In this document: one piece after another, positions 28,079 through 38,506 of the stretch
Layout: each line of letters starts with the position of its first letter
Position numbering within the stretch: the first letter of the stretch is position 1
Origin: Spirochaetota bacterium
GTDB taxonomy: Bacteria > Spirochaetota > UBA12135 > COTS27 > CBDBHE01
Length of the DNA: 64,000 bases
Reading direction: 5' to 3'
Assembly: GCA_965205605.1 (NCBI GenBank)
Contig: CBDBHE010000006.1
Coordinates: 192,001-256,000 of the forward strand
Program-made: the position numbers and the translations under genes
The notes under the pieces: model-generated
The model's input: the letters and a program-made list of their open reading frames with translations, nothing else
The model's database searches: none
What the model was told of the DNA's origin: nothing

Positions 28079-29572
28079 TTGTTAGAGCTTAAAGATGCGA
28101 TTGAAATGATATCAGTGCAGCATTCTATTGCAACTGAAGAAGTTGTTAATCTTTTAAAAGACACGATTAAAAATGAGTTTTCTGAGTTTTTAAATGCTTT
28201 TGAAGAAGACATTATTGTTGATATTGATGACGAAGAATATAAAGTGAATATTTCTATTATGAAAGAAGTGATTAACACGCCTGCAAATGAGTTTTTAGAA
28301 ATTTCTTTAGTAGAAGCAAAAAAAATCTTTAAAGAAGAAGATCTTAAAATTGGAGTTCGTATTAAAGTTCCCCTTAGTTTTGAAGTTTTAAAAAGAAAAG
28401 ACATTAAAAGACTTAACTTTATTTTAAAACAAAAAATTCGAAATATTAAAAATGAAATCCTTTATCGAGATTATAAAAATAAAGAAGGTGAATTGATTAA
28501 TGGTATTTTTTTAAGAAGAAGAGGCCAAGATATGTTTATTGATATTGGTAAAATAGAAGCTTGCCTTCCTTTTAGAGAGCAATCTTTTAGAGAGAAATAC
28601 AAGCAAGGGGATCATATCAAAACTTACATTAAAGAAGTCGTCATGGATGAGCGGCAAATGGTTAATATTTATGTAAGTCGAGTTGACGCTAATATTGTTA
28701 GAAAACTTTTTGAATTAGAGATCCCTGAGTTAGCAGATGGATCTGTTAAAATTAAAGAGATTGTAAGAGACCCTGGGAAAAAAATAAAAATGTCCGTGTA
28801 TTCGACAAAAATAGGCGTTGAGCCGGTAGGGTCTTGTGTGGGGGTTTCGGGGATTCGTATTAAGGCGGTTATTAAAGAGCTTTGGGGCGAGAGGATTGAT
28901 GTGGTTCCTTATAATGATAACATTAAGGAATTTATTGGTCGTGCTATGCAACCTGGAAAGGTCATCAATGTTCTTATTATTAATGAGGATAAAAAAGAAT
29001 GTTTAGTGATTGTTGACGATGAATCTTATCCTTTTGCACTTGGTAAGGATGGGGTGAATATTAAATTAGCTTCCCATTTAACGGGGTGGAATATTAGTGT
29101 GCGTTCAGAAAGCCAAGTTAAAAAATACCCTGATCTAATGAAGATTTTTTCTAGAGCAGAAAATCTTTTTTCTAATGTTGAAACAGATTTAAATCAATTA
29201 ACTGAAATTGACGAATCAGTTATTGTTAAACTTATGAATGCTGGCATTATGTCTATTGCTGATTTGTATGAGAAGAGTGTTGAAGAAATTAATCGTTTAG
29301 AAAATATTTCTAAAGAAGAAGCGACCCTCATTAGAAAAACTCTTGATGAAATGGTAGAAATTGTAGATGAAGATGAAAAACCTAAAGAGATCCCTAGACC
29401 TTATTTAAATCGAGATGAGAGAGGATATTCTCCACAGCAAGAAGTTGTCAAAGAAGAAGTAGAGCATGTTGAGTATTTGGTATGCCCTTCTTGTGATTAT
29501 GAATTTGAATATGAAAATCAAAAAAGGTGTCCTTCTTGTGATGTAGAATTTGAATTTGAAGAGGAAAACTGA
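28079..29572 (+). CDS. nusA: Transcription termination factor NusA with C-terminal HhH and zinc ribbon
   Basis: S1 domain, FELEIPE, VGSCVG..G.RI, ERIDVV, GKDGVNIKLASHLTGW; C-terminal CPSC-x12-CPSC. Confidence 0.95.
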   Translation: MLELKDAIEMISVQHSIATEEVVNLLKDTIKNEFSEFLNAFEEDIIVDIDDEEYKVNISIMKEVINTPANEFLEISLVEAKKIFKEEDLKIGVRIKVPLSFEVLKRKDIKRLNFILKQKIRNIKNEILYRDYKNKEGELINGIFLRRRGQDMFIDIGKIEACLPFREQSFREKYKQGDHIKTYIKEVVMDERQMVNIYVSRVDANIVRKLFELEIPELADGSVKIKEIVRDPGKKIKMSVYSTKIGVEPVGSCVGVSGIRIKAVIKELWGERIDVVPYNDNIKEFIGRAMQPGKVINVLIINEDKKECLVIVDDESYPFALGKDGVNIKLASHLTGWNISVRSESQVKKYPDLMKIFSRAENLFSNVETDLNQLTEIDESVIVKLMNAGIMSIADLYEKSVEEINRLENISKEEATLIRKTLDEMVEIVDEDEKPKEIPRPYLNRDERGYSPQQEVVKEEVEHVEYLVCPSCDYEFEYENQKRCPSCDVEFEFEEEN

Positions 29573-29582
29573 GGTTTCTAAG

Positions 29583-31778
29583 ATGTATAAAAAAACGCCA
29601 AAGATTATTTTTAAGAAAAATCCTGATGGCACAACAACTAAAGTTGTTGTTAAAAAAGTTGTTAAAAAAGTAAAAATTAGTACAGCATCACAAAATAAAT
29701 CAAAATTTCAATCTTCTCCATCTCCTCAAAATCGAAATAGTTCTTTTAATAAACCTACTTATAAAAAAGACAGTCATCAAGGTGGAAAAAAAAAAATCCT
29801 TATTACTAAAAAGAAAAAAACCAAACAAACAGGTTCAGGATTTGCTTCTTTTGATTTTGCTTCAAATAAAGGTCGAGATTATAGCTCTAGAAAAGATAAA
29901 AGAGAAATTCTTGAAAAAGACAAACTAGAGTCTAAAGAAGAATATAATAAATACACACATACGGTTGGTAAAAATCAAAATACTACTTTTGATGAGTACT
30001 CAGGAATCCCTAAAAATATCGAGATACCGGATGTAATTTCTATTAAAGATTTAGCTTTAAAGCTTAATTTGAAAGCTTCTCAAATTTTGAAGAAGCTTTT
30101 TAATTATGGGATTATGGATTTAACTGTCAATGATAATATTGATGCTCAATCTGCTCAAGTAGTTTGTGCGGAATTAAACTGTAATGTGAAAGTGGTTTCT
30201 CTTTTAGAGCAATCAAAAGTTGAAGAAGATATTGGAAAGAAAGAAGACTATGAAAAAAGAGATCCGGTTGTGACGATTATGGGGCATGTTGATCATGGAA
30301 AAACGACGCTTTTAGAAACCATTAAAAAATCAAAATTGACAGGGTTAGAATCAGGTGGGATTACTCAACACATAGAAGTCTATCACGTGCAAACTAGTAA
30401 AGGAGGAATTTTATTTATTGATACTCCAGGTCATGCTGCTTTTTTTAAAATGAGAGCAAGGAGCACTATCGTTACAGACTTAATTATATTGGTTGTTTCT
30501 GCTGTTGATGGTATAAAACCACAGACAACTGAGGTGATTGAACATGCTAAGAAGGCTAATGTTAATGTGGTTGTGGCAGTCAATAAAATGGATATGCAAG
30601 GGGCCGATTTTAAAAAAATAGAGTTGGAATTTTCTAAACATGGACTTTCGTCAACAGATAAAGGAGGGGATATTATTTTCCATCCAATATCAGCTCTTAA
30701 AAATCAAGGCATTGATGAACTTTTAGAAAAAGCTGTTGTAAAAGCCAATACGTTAAGTTTAAAAGGAAATAAAAAAGTCAGAGCAAGTGGGTATGTTATT
30801 GAGTCTAAAGTAGAAACAGGCAAAGGAAATGTAGCAACAGTGGTTATTAAAAATGGACTTTTAAAAGAAGGTGATGCGTATATTTGTGGTAATTATCCAG
30901 GGCGTGTTAGAGCAATGTTTGATGAAAGAGGTAAAATTATTAAAAAAGCAGGTCCTTCATCTGTTGTTGAAGTGATTGGTTTAGATGGGTTTGTGTCTTC
31001 AGGCGATCAGTTTCAAGTTTTAAAAACTGAAAAGGAAGCTAGAAAAATTTCTGAAATGCGTATTCAGTTGGAAAAAACCAAAAGCTCTAATGTTAAAAAA
31101 GTAACCCTCTCAAACTTATTTGATACTATCAAAGAAACTGAAATTAATGAATTGAAAGTCATTGTTAAAGGAGATGTATTTGGTTCGGTGGAAGCAATTA
31201 AAGAAATGCTTGAAAAAATGAAAAATGAAGAAGTTAAAATTTCCGTGATTCATTTTGGTACAGGAAGTGTTACTGAAAATGATATTAATTTAGCTTCTGC
31301 TTCTAATGCTCTTATTTTAGGCTTTAAGGTGCGGCCTAATAGTAAAGCCAAAAAGCTAGCAGAATTAGAAGGAATAAAAATTTATCTTTATCAAGTCGTT
31401 TATGATCTCGTTGATCAAATCACAAAAATACTTGAGGGAATGCTAAAATATGATCATAAGGAAGATATTTTGGGTCAAGTGAAAGTTAAAGAAATTTATA
31501 AAATCTCAGGATCTGGTAAAATAGTTGGTTGTATTGTAACCAAAGGAAAAATTATAAAAAATGGTAAAATTAGAGTTTTGCGATCTAATAAAAATATTTT
31601 TGAAGGAGATATTAGCTCTTTAAAAAGATTTAAAGATAATGTTAAGCATGTGAGTGAAGGAATGGAATGTGGGATACAAATAAAAAGTTATCAAGATTAT
31701 CAAGTCGGTGATGTTTTAGAATCTTATTCTATCACCAAGGTACAAAAAAAGTTACAATTAAATGTAAATAACAATTAA
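29583..31778 (+). CDS. infB: Translation initiation factor IF-2
   Basis: GHVDHGKT, GGITQHI, DTPGH, NKMD and GMECGI motifs. The ATG at 29583 has a GAGG Shine-Dalgarno; the ORF track starts at 29550. Confidence 0.97.
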   Translation: MYKKTPKIIFKKNPDGTTTKVVVKKVVKKVKISTASQNKSKFQSSPSPQNRNSSFNKPTYKKDSHQGGKKKILITKKKKTKQTGSGFASFDFASNKGRDYSSRKDKREILEKDKLESKEEYNKYTHTVGKNQNTTFDEYSGIPKNIEIPDVISIKDLALKLNLKASQILKKLFNYGIMDLTVNDNIDAQSAQVVCAELNCNVKVVSLLEQSKVEEDIGKKEDYEKRDPVVTIMGHVDHGKTTLLETIKKSKLTGLESGGITQHIEVYHVQTSKGGILFIDTPGHAAFFKMRARSTIVTDLIILVVSAVDGIKPQTTEVIEHAKKANVNVVVAVNKMDMQGADFKKIELEFSKHGLSSTDKGGDIIFHPISALKNQGIDELLEKAVVKANTLSLKGNKKVRASGYVIESKVETGKGNVATVVIKNGLLKEGDAYICGNYPGRVRAMFDERGKIIKKAGPSSVVEVIGLDGFVSSGDQFQVLKTEKEARKISEMRIQLEKTKSSNVKKVTLSNLFDTIKETEINELKVIVKGDVFGSVEAIKEMLEKMKNEEVKISVIHFGTGSVTENDINLASASNALILGFKVRPNSKAKKLAELEGIKIYLYQVVYDLVDQITKILEGMLKYDHKEDILGQVKVKEIYKISGSGKIVGCIVTKGKIIKNGKIRVLRSNKNIFEGDISSLKRFKDNVKHVSEGMECGIQIKSYQDYQVGDVLESYSITKVQKKLQLNVNNN

Positions 31779-31790
31779 TTTAAATTCCAA

Positions 31791-32162
31791 ATGAATCGGC
31801 ATGGAATTAAGTTAAAACGTTTAGAAAAGGCTTATCAGCAAGCTCTTTGTGAAGCCCTTTTATTTAAAGTAAGAGATCCTCGTTTGGAAAATGTAGAAAT
31901 TTCAATTAATCGTGTTGAAATTAACCAAGAAATGAGTGTCGCTTCTGTTTTTTTTACTTTGAGTGATAACCAAAATAAAAATAAAGTGATTAAAGCTCTT
32001 TATTCAGCAGCTCCTTTTTTTTTATCTTTACTTAAAGAAAAAATTAAAATTAAATATTTGCCTAATCTTAAATTTTTTTATGATGACGCAACTGATAAAG
32101 GAAATAAAGTCCTTAACCTTATTGATGAACTAACCAAACAAAAATCTAAAGATATCAAGTGA
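31791..32162 (+). CDS. rbfA: 30S ribosome-binding factor A
   Basis: VRDPRL and KYLPNLKFFYD motifs; position directly after infB. Confidence 0.9.
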   Translation: MNRHGIKLKRLEKAYQQALCEALLFKVRDPRLENVEISINRVEINQEMSVASVFFTLSDNQNKNKVIKALYSAAPFFLSLLKEKIKIKYLPNLKFFYDDATDKGNKVLNLIDELTKQKSKDIK

Positions 32163-34282
32163 AATCTTTTCTTCTTTTATTCCTATTTTTCTTTTCATTT
32201 CAACTTTATTCTAAAAGTTATTTTTTTGACATTAAAAAAGAAAAGGCTCGGGAAGTCTTTAATCAAGGAATGGTTTATTATAATAATAGAAGTTATGAGC
32301 TCGCTATTAATAAGTTTTTTGAATCTCTTGGTTTTGATAGTCGTAACAATCTTTTTCGTTATTATTTGGGGATGAGTTTTTATAAAGCTGGGTACACAAA
32401 AAATGCCATTGAACAGTGGGAAAATATTATTAAATTAGGAGAACAAGATACATATCTTATAGAAAAAATTAATAATATCTTTTACTTAAAAGGGAATTTA
32501 AATCAACCAAAAACACTTTATGAAAATTATGTTTTTTTAAGAAACATTCCAAAAGAAGATAGTAAAAATATTTTTAAAGATAATTTGCTTAAGATGCCAA
32601 CGGGACTTTTTGTTGATAATAATAATGATGTTTTTGTCGTTGATTTTGTTAATAGTAGCTTTGTTGTTATTAATCCTAATGGTTATTTAGATCGTAAAAT
32701 TTATTGGAAAGGTAAGCGGACTCTTAAGTTGCCTTTTCATAAAGAATCTATTAAGAATCCTTATGAAATCACTAAGGGAAAAGACGATCTTTTCTATATT
32801 AGTGATTTTGGGAATAATCGAGTGGTTGCGATGAAGCCTTCTGGGAAAATCATCAAGACTTTTGGTAAAGAATTTGCTAATGAAAATGGATTTATTTTAG
32901 GGCCCCAAGGGATTGCTTTTGATTCTAAAGACAATGTTTTTATTTCAGATACAGGCAATTGTTTAATTCATTATTATAATAGTAAGGGAGAACATTTGTA
33001 TTCTTTTTCTAAAAGAGGCAATGACGATGGGGAGCTTTTATTTCCATCGGGTATTGATTATGATCTTAACAAAGATTTACTTTATGTTTGTGATCGAGCA
33101 AATAATCGTATTAGTATTTTTTCTCCTTCAGGTAGTTTTATTAAAAATATAGGGAATGACTTTTTAAAACAACCTAGAAAAATCTTGCTTAGAAAAGATC
33201 ATCAAAATGTTATGAGTATTTTAGATGATAATAATGTTTATATTTATAATGAATCAACACAGAAGTATCAGTCTATTTTTCATAAAAATGAATTTACTAA
33301 ATTAAAAGATGATCAACATTTATCAATGGCTTATGACAAAATGGGGATCTTATATATAGGCAGTCGTCGAGACCATAAAATAAAAATTTATAGCCCAATG
33401 AAGCTTTTATATGTTAATTTGTTTGTTCAGCTTGAAAATGTTTATCTTAGAGAGTTTCCCAAAGTGGTTTTAACTGTTTCTGTTAAAAATAAAGAAGGTA
33501 AACCATTACCTAAATTAGATAATAGTAACTTTGAAATAAAAGAGAATGGGATTATTAAACCTTTTAGAATTAAGCCTAAAAAAAAAGAACATCATTATTT
33601 ACGACCTATTATTTTATTTGAAGCTTCTCAGGAAGCTAAAAAAAGAAAAGCTTTATCTAAAGCGATTTTACAAGATTTATTTGAATCGTTTGCTTTAGAA
33701 GATGAAACAAAGGTTTATCGTTATGGGGGGGGAATCCCTGGAAGATCGGGAACCTTTGAATTAGCAGATAATTATGATAATTCTATTTTAAAAAAAATTC
33801 ATCGTACACTTGGACAAAAATATTATTCAGATTTTTATGTTGGGACTGTTTTAAAAAAAGCTATCGGCGAAAACCTTAAGCTTAATTATAAAAAAGGAAT
33901 TATTATTGTTTGTTTTCAAGCGTATGATAATAAGCGTTTTTTCCCAGAAGACTTTGATGTTCTCATTGATTATGCAAGTCATAATAATATTCCTATTTAC
34001 GTTATTTATGCAGGGGAAGAGATTCGTAGGGAAGATGAATCTTTTTATTATCTAAATTATTTAACCAAATCAACTAAGGGAAAAATAGTTGTTTATAAAA
34101 ATAGAGAAAGTATTGAAAATCTTATAGAACATATGCGAAGTTACCAATCAAGTTTTTATGAGTTAGTTTATCTTTCTTTTAAAAATGATTTAAAAAAAAG
34201 TTACTACAGGCCTTTAGACATTATCGTCAAATATAAAGGAATGGTCGGTAAAGATAATAGAGGGGGGTACCCGATTCCTTAA
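32159..34282 (+). CDS. Exported TPR + NHL beta-propeller + vWA-like domain protein
   Basis: Signal peptide, N-terminal TPR, NHL repeats (SDFGNNRV, PQGIAFD..DTGN, PSGIDYD..DRANNRI), FPKV..V..K.GKP..L...NF.I.E segment preceding a vWA-like domain. Confidence 0.75.
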   Translation: MKSFLLLFLFFFSFQLYSKSYFFDIKKEKAREVFNQGMVYYNNRSYELAINKFFESLGFDSRNNLFRYYLGMSFYKAGYTKNAIEQWENIIKLGEQDTYLIEKINNIFYLKGNLNQPKTLYENYVFLRNIPKEDSKNIFKDNLLKMPTGLFVDNNNDVFVVDFVNSSFVVINPNGYLDRKIYWKGKRTLKLPFHKESIKNPYEITKGKDDLFYISDFGNNRVVAMKPSGKIIKTFGKEFANENGFILGPQGIAFDSKDNVFISDTGNCLIHYYNSKGEHLYSFSKRGNDDGELLFPSGIDYDLNKDLLYVCDRANNRISIFSPSGSFIKNIGNDFLKQPRKILLRKDHQNVMSILDDNNVYIYNESTQKYQSIFHKNEFTKLKDDQHLSMAYDKMGILYIGSRRDHKIKIYSPMKLLYVNLFVQLENVYLREFPKVVLTVSVKNKEGKPLPKLDNSNFEIKENGIIKPFRIKPKKKEHHYLRPIILFEASQEAKKRKALSKAILQDLFESFALEDETKVYRYGGGIPGRSGTFELADNYDNSILKKIHRTLGQKYYSDFYVGTVLKKAIGENLKLNYKKGIIIVCFQAYDNKRFFPEDFDVLIDYASHNNIPIYVIYAGEEIRREDESFYYLNYLTKSTKGKIVVYKNRESIENLIEHMRSYQSSFYELVYLSFKNDLKKSYYRPLDIIVKYKGMVGKDNRGGYPIP

Positions 34283-35385
34283 GTAATTTGTTGATTGCTG
34301 TAGGCTTCTTTAAGCTTTTTTGTCATCTTTTCTAAAGTAAATCGTTTTCCAATCGTTGTTGGTCCTTTTTCTTTTATTTTTTTCATTAATGTTTTGTTGT
34401 TCATCAATGTTTTGATTGCTTTTATAATGGATGAAGGATGGTTATTTTTTATTAAAAAAGCATTTTCTTGATGGGAGAGAAGTTCTTTTAAAGCTCCATA
34501 GGCAGTGGCAATAATTGCAGTTTTTTTAGAAAGAGCTTCAAGAGCTGTTAAACAAAAAGGTTCTTCCCACTTTTGGCTACTTGGAATCACTAGAATATCA
34601 AGTAATTGAAGATAGGCAAACTTTTCTTCAATAAAATCTAAATAATAAATTGTTTCTTTTGAAAAAGCAGAAATCATGTTTTTAATTTTCTTATCATAAG
34701 AAGAAATATCTGCTTTTCCTGCAATTAAAAATTGGATTTTTTTTGAGGAGTTTTTAAATAAAGTAGCTGTTTTAATAAAAGATTCAATTCCTTTTTCAGG
34801 GTGTATCCTTCCTAAGTAGCCAATTTTAAAACTGTTTTTAAGGATTAAAGGGTTTCGATTAAAGGCATTCACTTGTTTTTGATAAGATGATGGATCTTCT
34901 TTTGAAAGAGCGTTATAAATAACGATGATTTTTTTTGAAACTATTTTTTGTTTGATCATTTCTGCTTTTATAAATTTTGAAACGGCAATCCATTGATCAA
35001 CAAAAAAATTAGAAAAAAACCTTATTGAGTAATTTAGCTTGAAACTATTGTGTCTTGAAAAAATAAGCTTTATTTTTGGAAAAAATATTTTAAAAAAAAA
35101 ACCATAAGGATAATCTTTGGCAGTGTGAATGTGTAAAATAGGTTGTTTTATTTTTTTAATGAGATTAATTAATTTAAACAAGGTATAAAAATCAATGGGT
35201 TGTTTAAAAGGAAATGAATAAAACAAAAGGTTTTTTTTTTTTAATTTGAAGTAAATATCACTTTTAGATTTAACAATAGGAATTATTTTGAAATTTTTAG
35301 TGTTTGGAATGTTTAAAGAATCTATTAAAACCTGGTCTACTCCACACCATTTTTTACTACTGTTGATCATGAGAATAGTAATCAT
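34279..35385 (-). CDS. Glycosyltransferase family 4
   Basis: HIHT, AVSK, GRIHPEKG, and EPFCLTALEA (EX7E) motifs. Likely start is ATG at 35385; the longer ORF would overlap der. Confidence 0.85.
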   Translation of the reverse strand: MITILMINSSKKWCGVDQVLIDSLNIPNTKNFKIIPIVKSKSDIYFKLKKKNLLFYSFPFKQPIDFYTLFKLINLIKKIKQPILHIHTAKDYPYGFFFKIFFPKIKLIFSRHNSFKLNYSIRFFSNFFVDQWIAVSKFIKAEMIKQKIVSKKIIVIYNALSKEDPSSYQKQVNAFNRNPLILKNSFKIGYLGRIHPEKGIESFIKTATLFKNSSKKIQFLIAGKADISSYDKKIKNMISAFSKETIYYLDFIEEKFAYLQLLDILVIPSSQKWEEPFCLTALEALSKKTAIIATAYGALKELLSHQENAFLIKNNHPSSIIKAIKTLMNNKTLMKKIKEKGPTTIGKRFTLEKMTKKLKEAYSNQQIT

Positions 35386-35497
35386 TTTATGATTGTATTC
35401 TTTTAATTCTTTTTTTAAAATAGTATAATAGATTTTTTTAAAATCCAATAATATTTTTAATATAGATAAAAGTTTATTTTTTGTTTTGGTAGTTAGT

Positions 35498-36817
35498 GTG
35501 CAAAAAGCAATTCTTTTAGGCAAAACAAATGTTGGTAAATCAACCCTTTTTAACCTTTTAACAAATAAAAAAGAAGCAATTATTTCACAAAAACAACATA
35601 CTACACGTGATTTAAAAGAAGGGTTTGTTAGAAGAGATTCTAAACCTTATGTTCTTGTTGATAGCAGTGGGTTTGATGAAAGTGAAGAGCTTTTGGGAGT
35701 AGCGAGTAAGAAGGTCATTGATTATATTAAAGAATGTGATCTTGTTATTTTTCTCGTTGATATCAAATCAATTACAGATGAAGACATTGCATTGGCTAAA
35801 CTTGTTAGAAAAAAACATTCTAATATTCTTTTTTGTGCTAATAAAGTGGATCATGATTTAGAAAATGAAACTCTTTTAAAAAGAGCTTTTCTTTTAAAAT
35901 TAGGTGCTCCTCATTTTGTTTCTTGTCTTTCTTTTAGAGGTTTAGAAGAGCTTCATCAGAGGATATTTGTTGCTTTAAAAACAAATCAAGATTCAATTTT
36001 AAAATCAAAAAATCATTATTTTTTTCAAAATAATGATATAACGATTGTAATTGTTGGTAGGCCTAATGTTGGAAAATCTTCTTTAATGAATGCTTTATTA
36101 AAAAAAGAGCATGCCTTGACTTCTGCTTTAAGTGGCACGACAAGAGATACGGTGATTCGTTTTTTTCGATATCAAAATAAAAAGATTCGTTTAATGGACA
36201 CTTCGGGAATGAGAAGACGAAGTCGAAAAAAGGAAGAATTAGAAATTTTTTCTCTTCAAAAAACAATTGACTCTATTAATAAAAGTGATTTTGCTATATT
36301 GGTGATAGAGCCTTTAGAAGGCATTACAGACCAAGATAAAAAGATTGCTTCTGTTTTAAGGAGTCGTCATAAACCTTTTTTTATTGTTGTTAATAAGTGG
36401 GATTTAGCTCAAGAGACAACTTGGAAAAAGTTTGAAGACAGGGTTCGTTTTCGATTTCCACATATTCATCAAGTCCCTATTATGAAAGCTTCTTGTTTGG
36501 ATCAAAAGAATGTTCATTTAATCTTTAAAAAATGTTTAACTCTTTTTAAAGAAAAAGGGAAAGTACTTAAAACGAGTCAAATAAATCAAATGTTACAAAA
36601 AGCAGTTGAACATAACCCAAGCACAAAAAGTAAAAAAAAAGGATTAAAGATTTATTATGGGCTTCAAATTGAAAAAGACCCTTTAATAATACGGGTTTAT
36701 ATTAATTACAAAAAATTTTTAACAGCAGAGTATATAAAATATTTAAAAAATTCTTTAATGAAAGAAGCTGGTTTTAAAGCATCTGAAATTGAGTTTGAGT
36801 TTATGGAGAAAAAATGA
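35498..36817 (+). CDS. der: Ribosome biogenesis GTPase Der/EngA
   Basis: Two G domains (GKTNVGKS/TTRD/NKVD and GRPNVGKS/TTRD/NKWD) plus a KH-like C-terminus; in a der-plsY-gpsA operon. Confidence 0.93.
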   Translation: MQKAILLGKTNVGKSTLFNLLTNKKEAIISQKQHTTRDLKEGFVRRDSKPYVLVDSSGFDESEELLGVASKKVIDYIKECDLVIFLVDIKSITDEDIALAKLVRKKHSNILFCANKVDHDLENETLLKRAFLLKLGAPHFVSCLSFRGLEELHQRIFVALKTNQDSILKSKNHYFFQNNDITIVIVGRPNVGKSSLMNALLKKEHALTSALSGTTRDTVIRFFRYQNKKIRLMDTSGMRRRSRKKEELEIFSLQKTIDSINKSDFAILVIEPLEGITDQDKKIASVLRSRHKPFFIVVNKWDLAQETTWKKFEDRVRFRFPHIHQVPIMKASCLDQKNVHLIFKKCLTLFKEKGKVLKTSQINQMLQKAVEHNPSTKSKKKGLKIYYGLQIEKDPLIIRVYINYKKFLTAEYIKYLKNSLMKEAGFKASEIEFEFMEKK

Positions 36818-37491
36818 GTTTAATTTTATTAATAATAAGTTATTTAATCGCTTATTTAATAGGAGCGATTCCGTTTTCGTTTATGATATCCAAATTTTTT
36901 TATGGAATAGATATTAGAAAAATGGGAAGTGGTAATGTGGGGGCGACTAATGTGATTCGTTTTTGTGGCAAGAAAGCAGGAGCTTGGGCGTATTTTTTAG
37001 ATATTTCAAAAGGAATTGTGGCAGCTTATGTGTTGAGTTTATTTTCTCAAGTTTTTTTTTTAGATAGAGAAATCCAAAGTTGGATAATCCTTACTGCTTA
37101 TTTTTTCCCTATTATAGGTCATATGTACCCGGTCTTTTTAAGATTTAAAGGGGGAAAAGGGGTCGCTGTTTCAGTGGGAATTTTTTTATATTTATTACCA
37201 ATTGCGACTTTAAGTGCGATTATTATTTTTTTATTTCTTTTTTTTATCACTAAAATTATTTCACTTTGTTCAATTGTTGCTGCTTTTTTATTTCCTTTTT
37301 TTGTTTACTTTTATCAAAAAAACAAATTAGGTTTTGTTTTAGATTATCAAAGTTTTTTGGAAAAAAATTCTAATTTTCTTTTTTTAGTGTCTATTATTAT
37401 AGCTTGTTTTATTATTGTTAAACATCGTGGTAATATTAAAAGACTGTTAAAAGGCAAAGAATATTCTTTTAAAAATAATAATAATTTATAA
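36814..37491 (+). CDS. plsY: Glycerol-3-phosphate acyltransferase PlsY
   Basis: GSGNVGATN, DISKG, GHMYP..FKGGKGVA and HRGNIKRL motifs. Confidence 0.95.
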   Translation: MSLILLIISYLIAYLIGAIPFSFMISKFFYGIDIRKMGSGNVGATNVIRFCGKKAGAWAYFLDISKGIVAAYVLSLFSQVFFLDREIQSWIILTAYFFPIIGHMYPVFLRFKGGKGVAVSVGIFLYLLPIATLSAIIIFLFLFFITKIISLCSIVAAFLFPFFVYFYQKNKLGFVLDYQSFLEKNSNFLFLVSIIIACFIIVKHRGNIKRLLKGKEYSFKNNNNL

Positions 37492-37500
37492 TTTTATTAA

Positions 37501-38499
37501 ATGAAACCAAATGTAATTAGTGTTATTGGAAGTGGTAGTTGGGGTACTGCTTTAGCCGTTGCTTTAAGTGAAAATCACAAGGTTTTACTTTGGTCTAGAG
37601 AAGAGAAGAAAGCTAAAGTGATAGAAGAAGCTAATGAAAATAAAAATTATCTTCCTGGCATTTCTTTGGATAAAATTGAAATTACTTGTGATTTAAAAAA
37701 AGCAGTTGAAGAAAGTCTTTTTTTGGTGATTGCGGTGCCTCTTAAATATGTAAGAGAAATTTTGAAAAAAATTAAAAAATTGACTTCAAAAGCTCATATT
37801 TTAATTAGTGTGATTAAGGGCATTGAGCAAGATACTTTTCAGTTTGCTTCTGAAGTTATCGATAAAGTCGTTCCTATTAAAAAATCTATTGTGGTTCTTT
37901 CAGGGCCCTCACATGCAGAAGAACTTGCAAAAAAAATGCCTACAATTGTTGTTGCTTCTGGAAACAATCAAAAAGATACAGAGCTTATTCAAAAACTTTT
38001 CACTACAAATTATTTACGAATTTATACCAATATGGATACAGTCGGTGTTGAAATAGGGGGGGCTTTGAAAAATGTTATTTCAATTGCATCAGGGATTGCC
38101 ACTGGTTTAGGGTTTGGTATTAATACGACTTCTGCTATTATTACAAGGGGTTGTGTGGAAATATGTCGTTTAGGTTTACATTTAGGAGCAAAGGAAAAAA
38201 CTTTTTTTGGACTTACAGGGGTAGGTGACTTGATAGCTACTTGTCATTCTCGTTACTCTAGAAATAATTTTGTTGGTAGAGAAATCGCAACAGGAAAGAC
38301 AATTAGTACAATAGAAGGGTCTATGAAAATGGTAGCAGAAGGAGTGGGGACAACTAAAGCGGTTTTTAATTATATTTCTAAATATCAAATTGATATGCCT
38401 ATTACAGAATGTGTTTATAAAATTCTTTTTGAAAATTTAAATACTAGACAAGCCTTTAACGAAATTATGAGCCGCTTACCTAAAGAAGAATTTGATTGA
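37501..38499 (+). CDS. gpsA: NAD(P)H-dependent glycerol-3-phosphate dehydrogenase
   Basis: GSGSWGTALA, SGPSHA, GGALKNV, GDLIATC.S..SRN and AEG motifs. Confidence 0.96.
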   Translation: MKPNVISVIGSGSWGTALAVALSENHKVLLWSREEKKAKVIEEANENKNYLPGISLDKIEITCDLKKAVEESLFLVIAVPLKYVREILKKIKKLTSKAHILISVIKGIEQDTFQFASEVIDKVVPIKKSIVVLSGPSHAEELAKKMPTIVVASGNNQKDTELIQKLFTTNYLRIYTNMDTVGVEIGGALKNVISIASGIATGLGFGINTTSAIITRGCVEICRLGLHLGAKEKTFFGLTGVGDLIATCHSRYSRNNFVGREIATGKTISTIEGSMKMVAEGVGTTKAVFNYISKYQIDMPITECVYKILFENLNTRQAFNEIMSRLPKEEFD

Positions 38500-38506
38500 A
38501 ATATTT

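Noticed and set aside
27991-28404. 137-aa minus-strand ORF and the other short nested or antisense ORFs in the track
   Set aside because: They overlap well-supported genes and have no motifs; treated as shadow ORFs.
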